Shown: positions 13,750 to 26,384 of the stretch, piece after piece
How the letters are laid out: each line of letters begins with the position of its first letter
How positions within the stretch are numbered: the first letter of the stretch is position 1
From: Octopus vulgaris
Taxonomy: Eukaryota
Length of the DNA stretch: 64,000 nucleotides
Assembly (NCBI GenBank): GCA_951406725.2
Contig: OX597820.1
Coordinates: forward strand, 100,006,001 to 100,070,000
Direction: 5' to 3'
Notes under the pieces: generated by a model
Told to the model about the DNA's origin: nothing
Seen by the model: only the letters and a program-made list of their open reading frames with translations
Database searches by the model: none
Program-made: the position numbers and the translations under genes

Positions 13750-14160
13750 ACAAACGTAGAAGCAATTCTGAAAATGTCAGTTCCATCAGATGTAAACCAA
13801 TTGAGATCGTTCTTGGGTTGCTTAGCTATTAATGTATGATCCTACTTTCCATGCAACGTTTCAGTGAACCTTTAAACCATCTGCTTCAGAAAGATACAAA
13901 AACACGAAGCCTTCGAAGAGGCGAAAGAATTATTGCAATCTGATTTATCACTAACTTATTATGACCCGAAACTGGAAATAACAGCGGCTACAGATACCAT
14001 GGAAACGAGCGGATACCTAAAAACTTTCTGCTTACCTCCCTTGAATGATTGGACTTTTGCTTACTTCCCTTGAATCATTAAGCAAACAAAACCCGTCTGT
14101 TTGAGCGAACTTGCAGCATATTTGAGACTTGTGTTGCTTGTCGGGGTAAAACTTTCCATA
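13750..14160 (+). mobile_element. Deleted remnant of the same Gypsy relic (paralog at about 41950-42350)
   Basis: EAILKMSVPSDVNQLRSFLGLLSY..PLNHLLQKD..EAFEEAKELLQSDLSLTYYDPKLEI, corresponding to the RT thumb/connection region. Confidence 0.75.
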
Positions 14161-14174
14161 GCGATGTGTGTATT

Positions 14175-14232
<58 letters not shown>

Positions 14233-14651
14233 TGTGTGCGTGCGTGCAAAACTACTACAGTTGAAGATGACCAGAATTTCTTTTTCTATAGCAGATGAGC
14301 GACAATCTTTTGATACAGACACAGTACAGGCTACGCTTTCAGGCCTTTTGGAGAAGGTTTCAGGAGTAACCCAATAGGTTGTCGCTAGTACATATACATG
14401 TACATGCATGCATGTATGCATACATACATACATACATACATAAATACATACATACATACATACATACATACATACATACATACATACATACATACATACA
14501 TACATACATACATACAGGCAGACAGACAGACGTATAGACACACAAACATACATGTGTGTGTGTGAGTACATACATATATACATGTAACGACGGAGGTAAA
14601 GTATAAGCACCCCACCTCCTTAATTTTATTGAGTTTTTTTTTTTTTGCCCT

Positions 14652-14727
14652 GGGGTATATGGCGCAGTGGTTAAGAGCACGGGATACTAACCCTAAGATT
14701 CCGAGCTTGATTCCTTGGAGTGTTCTG

Positions 14728-14799
<72 letters not shown>
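14652..14799 (+). mobile_element. tRNA-like SINE head followed by (AAT)n (paralogs at about 43228-43440 and, on the minus strand, 47862-48062)
   Basis: A/B-box-like tggcgcagtggttaagagc...gagcttgattcc, with no intact acceptor stem. Confidence 0.65.
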
Positions 14800-14800
<1 letters not shown>

Positions 14801-15354
14801 GCCCTGATGCAGTACCAGGCAGTGGCTCTCATGGCTTCTGATCTTAACTGATTGGAAGTGTTATCATGTACATTGTTTTGTCTTGGTATAAAAGATGGGC
14901 TACAGCAAATATTCTGCTCAATACCACAGATTTGCTTGTCAGTTGTTTGACCTTAACCAGTTGAGCATGTCCCTTAGTGGCTGACGATATGTGCATCTCT
15001 GATCACGAGCAGAAGTAGTGGGGGAGCATCATAGCCATGTGTTGAGAGGGATTCTTTGGGGTTTGAATAATTCACCTCTGGAAACATGGGTGGTTCTTTC
15101 AACATCCTTAAACAACCCTTATTCAGGGACCTTTAGAGCGGGATGGGCTACTCAACCTGAAGAAAATTCTAACTGGGCCCCACCTGCAAGGTCATGTGCT
15201 GTTTATCTTGATATGAGATCACCATGTCGCATACATATGGTTGTGATGCATGTGCCTGGTGTACCTTTATCAGACGGGTAGTCATGATGGGTATATTGGG
15301 CTTTGTATATTTTACCCCAGTGTCACTTTGATGGCATGCACTGCTCTCTCACTC
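14800..15354. mobile_element. About 555-bp non-coding interspersed element flanked by (AAT)n
   Basis: Full copies here and at 33597-34164, 3' part at 1-311, and short stubs at about 410, 15430 and 43440; always bounded by AAT tracts. Confidence 0.8.
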
Positions 15355-15370
15355 AATAATAATAATAATG

Positions 15371-15422
<52 letters not shown>

Positions 15423-15695
15423 TAATAAATCACCTGATGCAGTACCAGGCAGTGCTCTCATGGCTCCTGATCTTAGCTGATTGGAAGTGTTTGCTTGTAC
15501 CTTTCATAAAGTCACTGCCGGAAAAATATTTTTATTTTTGCAAGTAAAATTTAGAAATAAAGGTGAATATTTGATAATATTTAACAAATATTAGCTATAC
15601 TTGCGTTATAAAGAGGCCAATGTAACTCACCAGATTACTGTGTGACCTATCTACGAGCCAACTGCAAATATCTACGTTAACAACCACAAACTAAG

Positions 15696-15783
15696 GATGC
15701 GACCTATCAACTGGTGCTGCGACCTATCCACTGGTGCGACCTATCCTCTGGTGTGACCTATCCACTGATGCGACCAATCCACG
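15696..15783 (+). repeat. About 17-bp minisatellite (ggtgcgacctatccact), about 5 units
   Basis: Paralogs at about 43706-43793 and, inverted with one extra unit, at about 47546-47650. Confidence 0.85.
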
Positions 15784-16566
15784 AGCATATAGGGGGTTTC
15801 TATGTTATTTCTCAACTTGATGGAAATCAAACTCTTACACACTTCCGTATTAGAAACGGAAATGTGTATTACATAAAACTAACTTTTGTATTTAACACCT
15901 GAGAGAAAGAACAATGTGGTAATGAATTTTTAGATGATATTTCTAATCAGTGAAGTTTCACTTGTGACTGAATAACAACATATTAACCGTAACAGTAATA
16001 CACTCGGCAATCACAAATCTACACCAACGATCAGAAGAACAACAAGTACAAAATGCGCATTGTGTAAAAATGTACTGGAATACTTACATGCAAAATATAT
16101 ACTGACTATTGAAACTAAAACACTGAGTTTTGGTGTGATGATCATTTTTCAGTTTGTACGGAAAGACACAAATAATTGAAGATAAGAAAATGCCTCTCAA
16201 TAAGTATTGCTTTGACAGCCGTTGTTAGTCACTCGCATTTGTTACTGGTTGATCGTTATTTTATTTTATTTTCTAAAGTGAAAGAGGCGGGTGGGCGAGC
16301 ACATTTAGGTAGACGTACGTGAAAATAATGGGTGTTCGTGTCGTTATATAGGTTCCTGTATATGAAAGGTAATGGAGCGGAGGTGAAGAATGCTACTCGT
16401 TTTCAGCATAACCCTAACCCTAAACACCGAGTGTGGGTATTCTTTACCTTCGCCGACAATGAGTGTATATGTGTGTGTGTTGTATTAAATCATACACACA
16501 CAAAAACATACTTGCACAATGTATGTTTTTATTTATGTATGTACGTACATATGAAAGATAATGGTA

Positions 16567-16616
<50 letters not shown>

Positions 16617-17069
16617 GTGTGTGTGTGTGTGTGTTTGCGTGTGTGTGTGTGTGTGTGTGTGTTTGCGTGTGTGTGTGTATACACGCACCTATGTCTTATC
16701 AGATAAGAGAAAAAAATCAATCAGAAAGGAACTCTATCTCACTCAAAATATCTTTTGATAAGCATAACAAATGCGCAACCGGTAAACTCTTACTTTTTTT
16801 TATTCTACACTGAAATCTGACATTGAACTTTTCCACAAAAAACTGTATATTACACGCTTTTACTAAATATCTTATTCTGAAACAGAACACTGTAAAAGAC
16901 TCTTACTTTTTTTCTTATACACTGAAATCATTCACAATTTTTCTCTTTTTTTGTTTAAAAAAAGAACTTTCACCTAATTAAATACACTCTCCCTTACTTA
17001 AATTATTTTGTCAGCATTTTCTTCATTTCCTTTTTTTATATATCACAACCCGTGTTCCACATCTCCTTT

Positions 17070-17387
<318 letters not shown>

Positions 17388-17475
17388 GCGGTTTTTTTGA
17401 CTATTTATTAAAATTTTATGTATTGATTAAGTCTTTCCTTGTTTGCTTTGCAAAATAGTGGTTTTGTCTCTAATA

Positions 17476-17547
<72 letters not shown>

Positions 17548-17830
17548 ATATATACATATATATATATAATCAGTATTGCCAATAGGTCGATTCTAATTTA
17601 CTTAATAATTTGATATAATATTCAACTGGATTCTTATCTTTAAATATCAATATCTGAAACTAGCATATAGTTGAAATAAAAATGTAATGTGAGTCTTAAA
17701 ACGTAGCGTAATTCCTGTTCCCAATTAAAACACCATAATCTTGTTCAGTATGAATTGGAACTGCAAAAATTTATAAGATATTTCAGGTGTTTACCCTGTA
17801 CACACAAACTGAGTGAAATATAAGCAAATA

Positions 17831-18040
17831 TATCATATTTCCTGGCATACAAATCAAATATTACGGACCAAAATTTACAGCTAAAAATTGTAGTCCGACT
17901 TCTACACCGAGACGATTTCGGAGGACATAAAAATTGTATGCAAATGCAGTGGGATTTGGAAAGATAGTGACTATGTATAAATGTTTACACTACATGTTAA
18001 CATGTATACTGTATGATTTGTATATCGGAAAATACGATAT
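17831..18040. mobile_element. Old Tc1/mariner-superfamily (pogo/Tc2-like) MITE
   Basis: Imperfect TIRs tatcatatttcctggcatacaa and ttgtatatcggaaaatacgata, with TA ends. Confidence 0.5.
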
Positions 18041-18625
18041 GAAGATATACGTAAGTCGAAACAAAACTTGTATTTTCTATGAGTGAAAATGATTCGGTAA
18101 ATTAAAAATCTTAAGTTCAAATAATAGATGCTCCGATTATTAATAATTATAGGTAGATGTTAAAGGATTACTATTAGAAGATCCCAACTCCTCTCACGGA
18201 GTATTTTGTGTTAGAAATCTAAAAAGTCCTTATTTAAACGCAATATGTTTGGAGAAAACAATTGTAAATAGTTCTTTCACAATGAAGACCTTACTTAATC
18301 CTTTTTGCTATATGCACACGGCTTGAAGTTTGAGAGAGAGGAATAGTTGATTACATCGACCCCAGAACTCAACTGGCACTTATTTTATCGACCCCCAAAT
18401 AGATGAAAAGCAAAGTCAACCTCAGTGGAATTTGAACATAGGACATGAGGACAGACGACATGCCGCTAAGCATCCTCACCCAGCGTGCAAACTATTCTAC
18501 CAGCCCGTCGCCTTAGACCTTACTTAATAATAGTTGATAATGAATCTTTAAATCATCGGTGATGTATGAGTTATGGATCTATGTTCTTTGCTCTAAATTC
18601 AACCATATTTTGGTCCATATGGGTT

Positions 18626-18840
18626 ACTCTTTTACCCTTTTACTTTGTTTCGGTTATTTGACTGCGGCCATGCTGGAGCACCACCTTTAGTCGAGCAAAT
18701 TGACCCCAGGACTTATTCTTTGTAAGCCTAGTACTTATTCTATCGGTTTCTTTTGCCGACCCGCTAAGTTACGGAGACGTAAACACACCAGCATCGGTTG
18801 TAAAGCGATGTCGGGCGACAAACACAGACACACAAACACA
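18626..18840 (-). mobile_element. Major-family SINE 3' half (similar pieces at about 8975-9124, 19055-19230, 33185-33355, 37470-37620 and 62705-62855)
   Basis: Shared tail motif gactgcggccatgctggagcacc...gtcgagcaaat. Confidence 0.8.
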
Positions 18841-20104
18841 CAGTAGCTCCAGTAATAATGGGTGTGAAGTTAAATGAGTACTTTGAGGTACTGAATTTGC
18901 AATTTCCATCGTTGTCCCCTTTCACCTATATTTTTCTTAATACATCAATATTAAATCGCCAAATCGACAGCTGACTTTCATAACGCATAATATTTTGTTG
19001 TCTCAAACAGATTTGTTGTTGCAATTTGGTTTCTGTATATATCTTTATATGTTTTTTCTTGTTTACTTGTTTCAGTCATTGGACTGCGATCATCCTGCAG
19101 CCACTACCTTGAAGTGTTTAGTCGAACAAATTGACACCAATACTTACTTTCTCTTTTTAAAGAAACTGATGCTCGTTGTCAAGCGGTAGCAGGGTACATA
19201 CACAAATACAATCACACACACACACAGACACACATACATGCACACACACGCACTCATGCACACAAACACACGCACACACTCATAAACACATACATACACA
19301 TACGTATGTATGTATGTATGTATGCATGCATGCATGTATGTATGCATGTATGTATGTAAGCATGTATGTATGTATGTATGTATGTATGTATGTATGTATG
19401 TATGTACGTACGTATGTATGTACGTACGTATGTATGCATGTATGTATGTACTTATGTATGTATCGTTGCTATTATTCAAAAGTGTCCAAAACGTTCCTTT
19501 CTCAGAAAACGAAAAAGTAGTTTCACTATTTCATAGCAAAACCGTTGTACAACATTTGGACTATTTTTGATATCTTGGCAGCTGAAGCATCTGGGGATAC
19601 GATAGCTTGACCAAAAGAACTAGCTATTGCAACCGAAAAGAAATATTGAAGAAAACGCATCTGGCCAAATTTGGACATACGACTTTTTAACATAACAGCA
19701 ACGGTATACATTTCTTTATATTTTATGTTTAACATTTTATAAACAGCTGTTGGGCAATGGATAGGTACCGAAATGTGCCAAGAAAGCTTTGTGAATGTTC
19801 CATTTGACCACAAGAATAAAAAATTTGATTGAAACATTCGTAAGGCTTTCGTGGCTCATTTCAAAGGGGGTTTCTCCATTACCTTTTTCCAAAGGTCGTT
19901 CATTCTGTTCTACAGGAATAATTCTCTCGATGGTTTGGTACATACCCTATTACTCCAATAATAATAAGTTAAATTTGACGGACTTCCGTATACGTTACAT
20001 TTACCAAATTCCATTCGCAACACATCTAATCTAGAACTACGTAAAGCGAATTTGTTCACCAAACGACCTGGATTTACATTTCTACAATTGTGCATTTGTT
20101 TATT

Positions 20105-20490
20105 TTTTTACTTACTTCAGTCACTGAACTGTGGCCATGCTGGGGAACTGTTTTGAAGGGTTTAGTCGAACAAATCGACCCAAGTACTTATTTTTTAAAG
20201 CCTGGTACTTATTCTCTTTTGCTGATCCGCTAAGTTACGGTGAGTAAACTAACCAGCACTAGTTGTCAAGTGGATTGGGGGAACAAAAATAACACAAACC
20301 CAAAGACACACACTCTCATACACACATGCATACATGGCCACACATACTCATACATAATTTGTATGTTTATTTTAAAATTATAAGTATATGAAAGAAAGGA
20401 GTTGAACGACTAGTTAACAAATATCCTTTATTCTCAATAAAGGATATTTGTTAACTAGTCGTTCAACTCCATTCTTTCATATACTTATAA

Positions 20491-20541
<51 letters not shown>

Positions 20542-20730
20542 TTATTTATATATATATACATGCATACACGACGGGTTTCTTTTCAGCTTTTCTCTACCAA
20601 ATCAACCCACAGAGCTTCAGTCGGATGCCTCGGAGCTATAGCATAAGACATTTGCTCAAATAAGTGCACAGTACAGTGAGACTGAATTCAAGACTGCGTT
20701 GTGGAGAGAAAAAGCTCCATACCCACACAG
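20105..20730 (-). mobile_element. Diverged major-family SINE interrupted by a palindrome and TA tract
   Basis: Tail at 20105-20310 and head at about 20565-20730. Confidence 0.65.
20372..20496. repeat. 125-bp near-perfect palindrome (61-bp arms, 3-nt loop)
   Basis: 20372-20432 versus 20436-20496, with one mismatch. Confidence 0.95.
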
Positions 20731-21295
20731 GTTACCCAAATTATCGTACCTAGAGTTTTACCAACAATTTGAAGAAGTCTTTCGTTTTATCGATGAACAT
20801 ACTCTTCACATTAACTTCTTACATGCGGTCACTTTCAAGGCTAACCTTTCTAGGCATTGTGTAGAGAACTGGAACAACATCATCGTGCTTCATAGGCAGA
20901 TGAAATTATGATGAAATTTAGGGATAGTTATTTGTGTTGGAAAACATAATTAGTTGGCCCAAAACGTCATCATTTCCATGTAACTCCTACAGTCTGCACC
21001 GATTGTCACATTTGGCATTTTCATCGCTTTCTGTATCAACTATTGTTACAAAATCCTGTTATTGGATAGAAAATTATACCCTTCAATGTGAGAGAAAATG
21101 TAACAGTTGTAGGAATATATAAGAACATTTATCCCGGCCAAACGATGTTCCTATGTTTTTTGAAAGTGCCGTAACCAGATAAAGCTCTTCTTTTTAACCA
21201 TTCATATTCTTGACATATACATTCAAATGGTACACAAAGAAGGAATGTGTTATGTTGGCATTTTAAGAGCAATGGGCTAGGTTGGAGTATATATG

Positions 21296-21326
<31 letters not shown>

Positions 21327-21359
21327 ATGTATGTTTGTATGTATGTATGTATGTATGCA

Positions 21360-21458
<99 letters not shown>

Positions 21459-21970
21459 GTGTATGTGAGTGTATTATGTTTGTATGTATGTTTCTATTTA
21501 TGTGTCCTGGTCATGACTTAAAACTGCATGAAATAGTGGGGCTCTGGCACGGGAGTTTCAGTGTTTTGATCGGTATGAAACTACCTCTTAGCTACTATTG
21601 TTCCCAAGTCTACTCTGACTTGGAGAAGTAGAACCTGCTAAATTTCCAATTCTGGGTTAACTTGCAGGCGAACCACTGGGAGTGAAGGGCTCCTAGTTCT
21701 TGTTAGAACTCCCTTCTAGGAGAAGGCAAACTCGTATTAAAAACCTGAAGGGCGGTTTCTTTCTGTCATCTCAGTCTCTCTTGTGCCACTGGTGTTATAG
21801 GAGATTACGCTGGAAAGTGGGTTCGAATTCAGTGCTATGCAATACTTTATCCAATCAAAACAAATTCACGCACAGGAACTTACTGGATTCTCAGAGCGTT
21901 TGCACGGACTTACTGAGATTAGGAAGTCGTCTTATTTGGTTACGAGTTGACTTCCAGCATGTATGGATGC

Positions 21971-21974
<4 letters not shown>

Positions 21975-22003
<29 letters not shown>

Positions 22004-22360
22004 TGTATGTATGTATGTATGTATGTATGTATGTATGTATGTATGTATGTATGTATGTATGCATGTATGTATGTATGTGTGTATGTATGTGTGTATGTAT
22101 GTATGCATGTATGTATGTATGTAAGTATGTATGTATGTATGTATGCATGCATGTATGCATGTATTATGTATGTATGCATGCATGTATGCATGTATGTATG
22201 TATGTATGTGTGTATGTATGCATGTATGTATGTATGTATGTATGTATGTATGTATGTATGTACGTATGCATGCATGCATGTATGTATGTATGTATGCATG
22301 CATGTATGTATGTATGTATGTATGTATGTATGTATGTATTATGTATGTATGTATGTATGT
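21975..22360. repeat. (TATG)n microsatellite
   Basis: Direct inspection. Confidence 0.95.
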
Positions 22361-22539
22361 AAATCTATGTATCTATGTACGTCTGTTTGAATGCCTGCAT
22401 TCATGTATCAATCAAATTTATCGCTGCCCTACACCTGTTTAATCCTTCTCTTAAGTCATCCTTTTTTTTCTGAAATAGTGTCAAAGTGTTCTGTATTCAA
22501 GCTACTCACTCTTCATCAGCCATATGTCCACCCTGTCGA

Positions 22540-22960
22540 GAGTTCGGCATGTGAAGACTTTCCATTTCCCTCTATGTTATGCTGTATGCATACAATCAGC
22601 TAAGTTCTTGTTTCCAGTCCATTCTTTGATATCATCAGTCCACAGCTGACGGCTTCTTGCTCTCTTCTTCTTCATACTTCCGTCCCAATCGGTCGTGGTG
22701 TATTGAATGTCCAAAATATATCTTTGTGGACCCGATTTTCAACAGTAAGTGTCTTTGGACTCCCAGCTTTTCTAATACTGCAGTGTTTGTTACTCTGTCT
22801 TTCTGGCTTATTCTGCTCAATTTACGAAAAATCCATATCACAAAGGCATTTATCATCTTTTCTATTGCTCTGTACATTGTCCACGTTTCTGTCTCGTAGG
22901 GGACAAAGGGCGTAACATAATAGTTTACTAGTTTCAATTTTAGGTGCAGCATTCTTACTG
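22540..22960 (-). mobile_element. Degraded RTE LINE ORF2 C-terminal fragment
   Basis: YETETWT..INAFVIWIFRKLSRISQKDRVTNTAVL..YFGH resembles the RTE consensus YGxETWT..AFEMWxxRRxLRISWxDxxTNxEVL..YFGH. Confidence 0.75.
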
Positions 22961-23337
22961 TTGAGGTCTTGGTCTTGTAACATCTTAAAATTAAAGGAAA
23001 CGCTTGAGTCTTTTTCCTACTTCGATGATCATCAACGCAGTGTATGTCAACCGAGATCAACTAGAGCGTTAGTGTCCTATTTCAGGTAGAAGCGGTAAAG
23101 TCAACATAGTTAAATCAATGTTGAGACACTATATCACTGACTTTGTTTGCCAGAGGAACCTCTTATCAGGGTTGTTTGCAATTGAGTTCACTCACTTATC
23201 ATGATTTTGGAATAATATTATCTTTAAATTGCATATTTCTTCAATGTTACATTATGGTTTGAGTGATAGTAAATGGTACAACCACACCATAACATGTAAC
23301 GAGTAAAGTGTGACTGTGTCGTAAGAAGCTTGCTTCC

Positions 23338-25332
23338 GGTTGAACTGAGAGGACGCCTCCCTCTGAGCTCCGTCCTAAAAAGAAAAAAGAACAAAAACAG
23401 TGTTCTTCACGCACCTGTTAAAGTCGTAACGCTGGTATGCAGCTGGCGAAAGTTGAACTGAAAGACGCTGTAAGGTAAGACTTTTTGCTTTTTGAGTCCG
23501 GTAGGATTGGTTGCCTGTTGGTTTTATTGTTTTGAACAGGCAAGGAGTCCTTACTGAATTCGAAGATTTTTGTCTGCCTTGCGGTGGAGACGTGTGTGTT
23601 GTCTCACATAATTGTGAGAAATTATATTTGAAAATTTTTGTGCCCACGTGGATTAAAAGAATTGGCCAGGAGTACCTTTCGGCCGAAAATTTATTTCTTT
23701 GCCTGGATTTGAACTCTCTTTTCACAGCTATCATTTATTTAAAAAAAAAAAAGAACTTTATTTGAACTGTTATTTTTATTTTTTCTTCCCTTCTGTTGTG
23801 TCTTCTTTCTTTATTTGAAAACGTATTGACGAACTATATTTGAACTTTTTATTTAAAAAAAAAATGGCAAAGGAAATATTAATGTGGGAATTAACACCTC
23901 CCAAATCATGGCTAAAAGAGCTCGAAAAGAAGACGGTGGTGTTGAGGACTTATTCAAAGTCGCTCGATACCATAACCGTTTTCCCGAAAGCCACAATTTT
24001 GAGAGAGCTGGCAGAATACATGCCTTCACGGGCAGTCAAATTTGCAACGGTCTGGTTGCTATTTGACTCCCCCAAAGAAGCTTGCGATTTTGCAAGCCGG
24101 CCCCTCGAGGGGAAGGAAATAATGTTTCTTCCCAGTTATTGTGGAAAGAAGTTAACGAGGGCTTGGGTTTGCGGCTTGCCACCCGGAATTGAGCCCGAGT
24201 GGATGGAGGACTCTATCTGCCGGGGTCTGGGTGGTAGCAGTACCAAGCTGCTAAACGTAAAAATTTTGCCTGCGGCTGATTGGGAGGGGTCAAAAGCTGT
24301 GTTGACCCTATAGACCCAATCAGCCGAAAGTCTGGTTTTCCCAGATTTTTTGAGGATGGCCGGGTCTAGGTATCCGGTGATGCTCGAGGGACACCCCCCA
24401 ACAAGTGTCACCTGTGCCTGGAGACCGGTCACATCAAGAAAAACTGCCCCAAGGACCAAAATAGGATTCTGGAGCAGTTAACAGAGGAACCACTCCCTGC
24501 TCCCACAATAGAAGGAGAGAAGGATGAGGATGTCGAGGAGCTTTCCACCTCGTCGAAAAAACGAAAGCGAAAGGTGGGCAACAATGGTTGCCCACCGAAG
24601 AACCCGAGAGCTGCGGGAGAAAAGAACCTGCTGGACACAGCCTGGGAACACCACCCTCCCGCACCCCAAGGGAAAAAGAAAAGAAAAAAGAAAAACGGGA
24701 CATTGTCGGCTGGTTGTGACACGCTGCCGGCGTGTCCCGATTCTCCTTTTGCGAGTGTGCTGCTGAAGGAGGAATTTTTGGATCTCTTCCACAAGGGAGG
24801 AACCTTGCAAAATGAAAACAAAAAAATTGAAAGGAAGTGCCGGTGGGAGGGGCTTCTGTCCTACACGGAGGACCCTGAGTGGCCTTCGCAGGTGGCTGCG
24901 GAGGTCATATGGGAGAACGATCTATGGAAGATAACGAACTCCTTCCCGAAGGACTCCTTCAGATTTATGTTGAAACCTTTAAGTTCGGAACGGACCAGGT
25001 GCTTCGATGAAGCGAGGAGCCTGGCCGGGCGGAAAAATTGAAGAGGCGTATTACCTCAAAAAGAGACTAAAAATGTAAAAAGTGAGAGGATTATTGCCTC
25101 GTGTTTGTGTTTTATTTTTAATTTTGAACTGTGTAAGAGGTTTATTGCCTCATTGTGTTTTTTAAAAAAAGAAAAAAAGAACAATGTTTTAGAGAAGCGA
25201 AAGTCGGCGGGCGCTTTTCGTCGTCTCCCATCCTTATCATCCATATATCATCATCATTCATCCCATTAATGTCTCTGTCTAGCCCTCGAGCTTCTCTCTG
25301 TGTGCTGCCCTTGTGGCAAATTTAATGAAATA
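23338..25332 (+). mobile_element. ORF1-only (gag-like) L1/Tx1-type non-LTR element, degenerate, inserted into a SINE
   Basis: ORF from MAKEILMWEL (about 23864) with one stop and one frameshift, a CCHC knuckle CHLCLETGHIKKNC at about 24406-24447, ending at 25041. Tail cccttgtggc..aataaa. Degenerate 15-bp TSD: aagaagcttgcttcc (23323-23337) and aagaagtttgctccc (25333-25347). Confidence 0.75.
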
Positions 25333-25737
25333 AAGAAGTTTGCTCCCTAACAACATGCCACGGGGTTCAACCCCACGGCGTGGCACATTGAAGAAGGGTA
25401 ATTTAATATAAACCTATAATCTCAGACCAACCAAAAGCTTTTGAGTGGATTTGGCAGATGGAAACTGAAAGAAAACTGTCGTATGCGTATGTGTGTATGT
25501 ATGTATGTACGTATGTATGTATGTTGCATGCGTGTTTGTATATTATATATATATGTGTGTGTGTGTGTGGTATATTATTATGTATATACTTATATATATA
25601 TGTATATGTAGGTGTATATACACTTATATGTATATGTATATATGTATATATGCTTATTCTTGTATATGTGTACCTTCTTTAATATTCATATTTTCACTTT
25701 ATATCTTCATTTTATACCTTTATAATTGTACTTTATA

Positions 25738-25861
25738 ATCTCTGACGAGGCCTTGAGATATATATATATAACTCATTTTAAACTGCATATTACCTCAATA
25801 CATCTGACTAATATGAGCATAATGAGATACTCTTATCGACAGGCTGAAACTGCTGTAAGAT
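25738..25861 (+). ncRNA. Type I hammerhead ribozyme-like motif with long stem II insertion
   Basis: ATCT-CTGACGA-GGCCT..(87 nt)..AGGCT-GAAAC-tgct-GTA-AGAT. Confidence 0.55.
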
Positions 25862-26215
25862 CCATTTTATATGTATTGTTCTTATGGTATTATCTTACTT
25901 ATTGATGTGTACTGTTTTATTCCGTATTATTCTGTTTGATCTGGATGTTCCTAAATGATTAGTTAATAAATTATATGAATTGGTATTATCTAGTAGTTGA
26001 TGATTGAAAGAAATCTATTCCTCCATTTTCTTATTTTGTATTATGAGTTTGAGGTAAAACATTTTACCTTCGCCCATATAATACAATAAATGAATTAATT
26101 GCATTGCAATTCTTAGCATTTATGTATTAGCCTCTCTGGGTACTTTACTGGCAGTATATTGCATAAATGATATCCCATAGTGGGTTACACTCATAACCCC
26201 TATCTCACTTTGAAA

Positions 26216-26263
<48 letters not shown>

Positions 26264-26346
26264 GTGGAAAGGAACACACGACTTGATATATATGAAAAAA
26301 CAAGTCAAAAATAGAAAATGCTAAGATAATTTTATAGTGAATCTTT

Positions 26347-26384
26347 CAGTACCGGTTTCGGTCATTTTGAGACCTTTTCAACTG
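26347..26384 (-). ncRNA. Minimal hammerhead-like motif (U3-A8 variant) in the Penelope terminus; copies at 29669-29706 (+) and about 56977-57014 (-)
   Basis: CAG-TTGAAAA-GGTC-tcaaaat-GACC-GAAAC-CG-GTA-CTG, with palindromic ACCGGT stem III. Confidence 0.6.

Larger units (their letters stand above)
6106..16220 (+). repeat. Segmental duplication unit A, part shared with unit B
   Basis: Collinear near-identity with 34537-44230, including the GT exon, SINEs, Helitron dimer, Gypsy relic and minisatellite. Confidence 0.9.

Noticed and set aside
14652-14725. Possible tRNA genes here and at about 32450, 43230 and 52300
   Set aside because: A/B boxes are present but the cloverleaf is incomplete and they run into SINE bodies.
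15696-15783. CRISPR-like short repeats
   Set aside because: No unique spacers or cas genes, and the context is eukaryotic; this is a minisatellite.
16408-16424. Telomere-like TAACCC repeats (also at about 46906-46921)
   Set aside because: Only about two units; not an interstitial telomere array.
16332-16706. 124-aa ORF with an inverted paralog at 46519..46998
   Set aside because: Non-ATG start, runs into (GT)n or SINE sequence, and has no recognisable domain.
16817-16900. Further hammerhead-like GAAACAG-aaca-CTGTA hairpin
   Set aside because: No matching CUGANGA core or stem I could be assigned.
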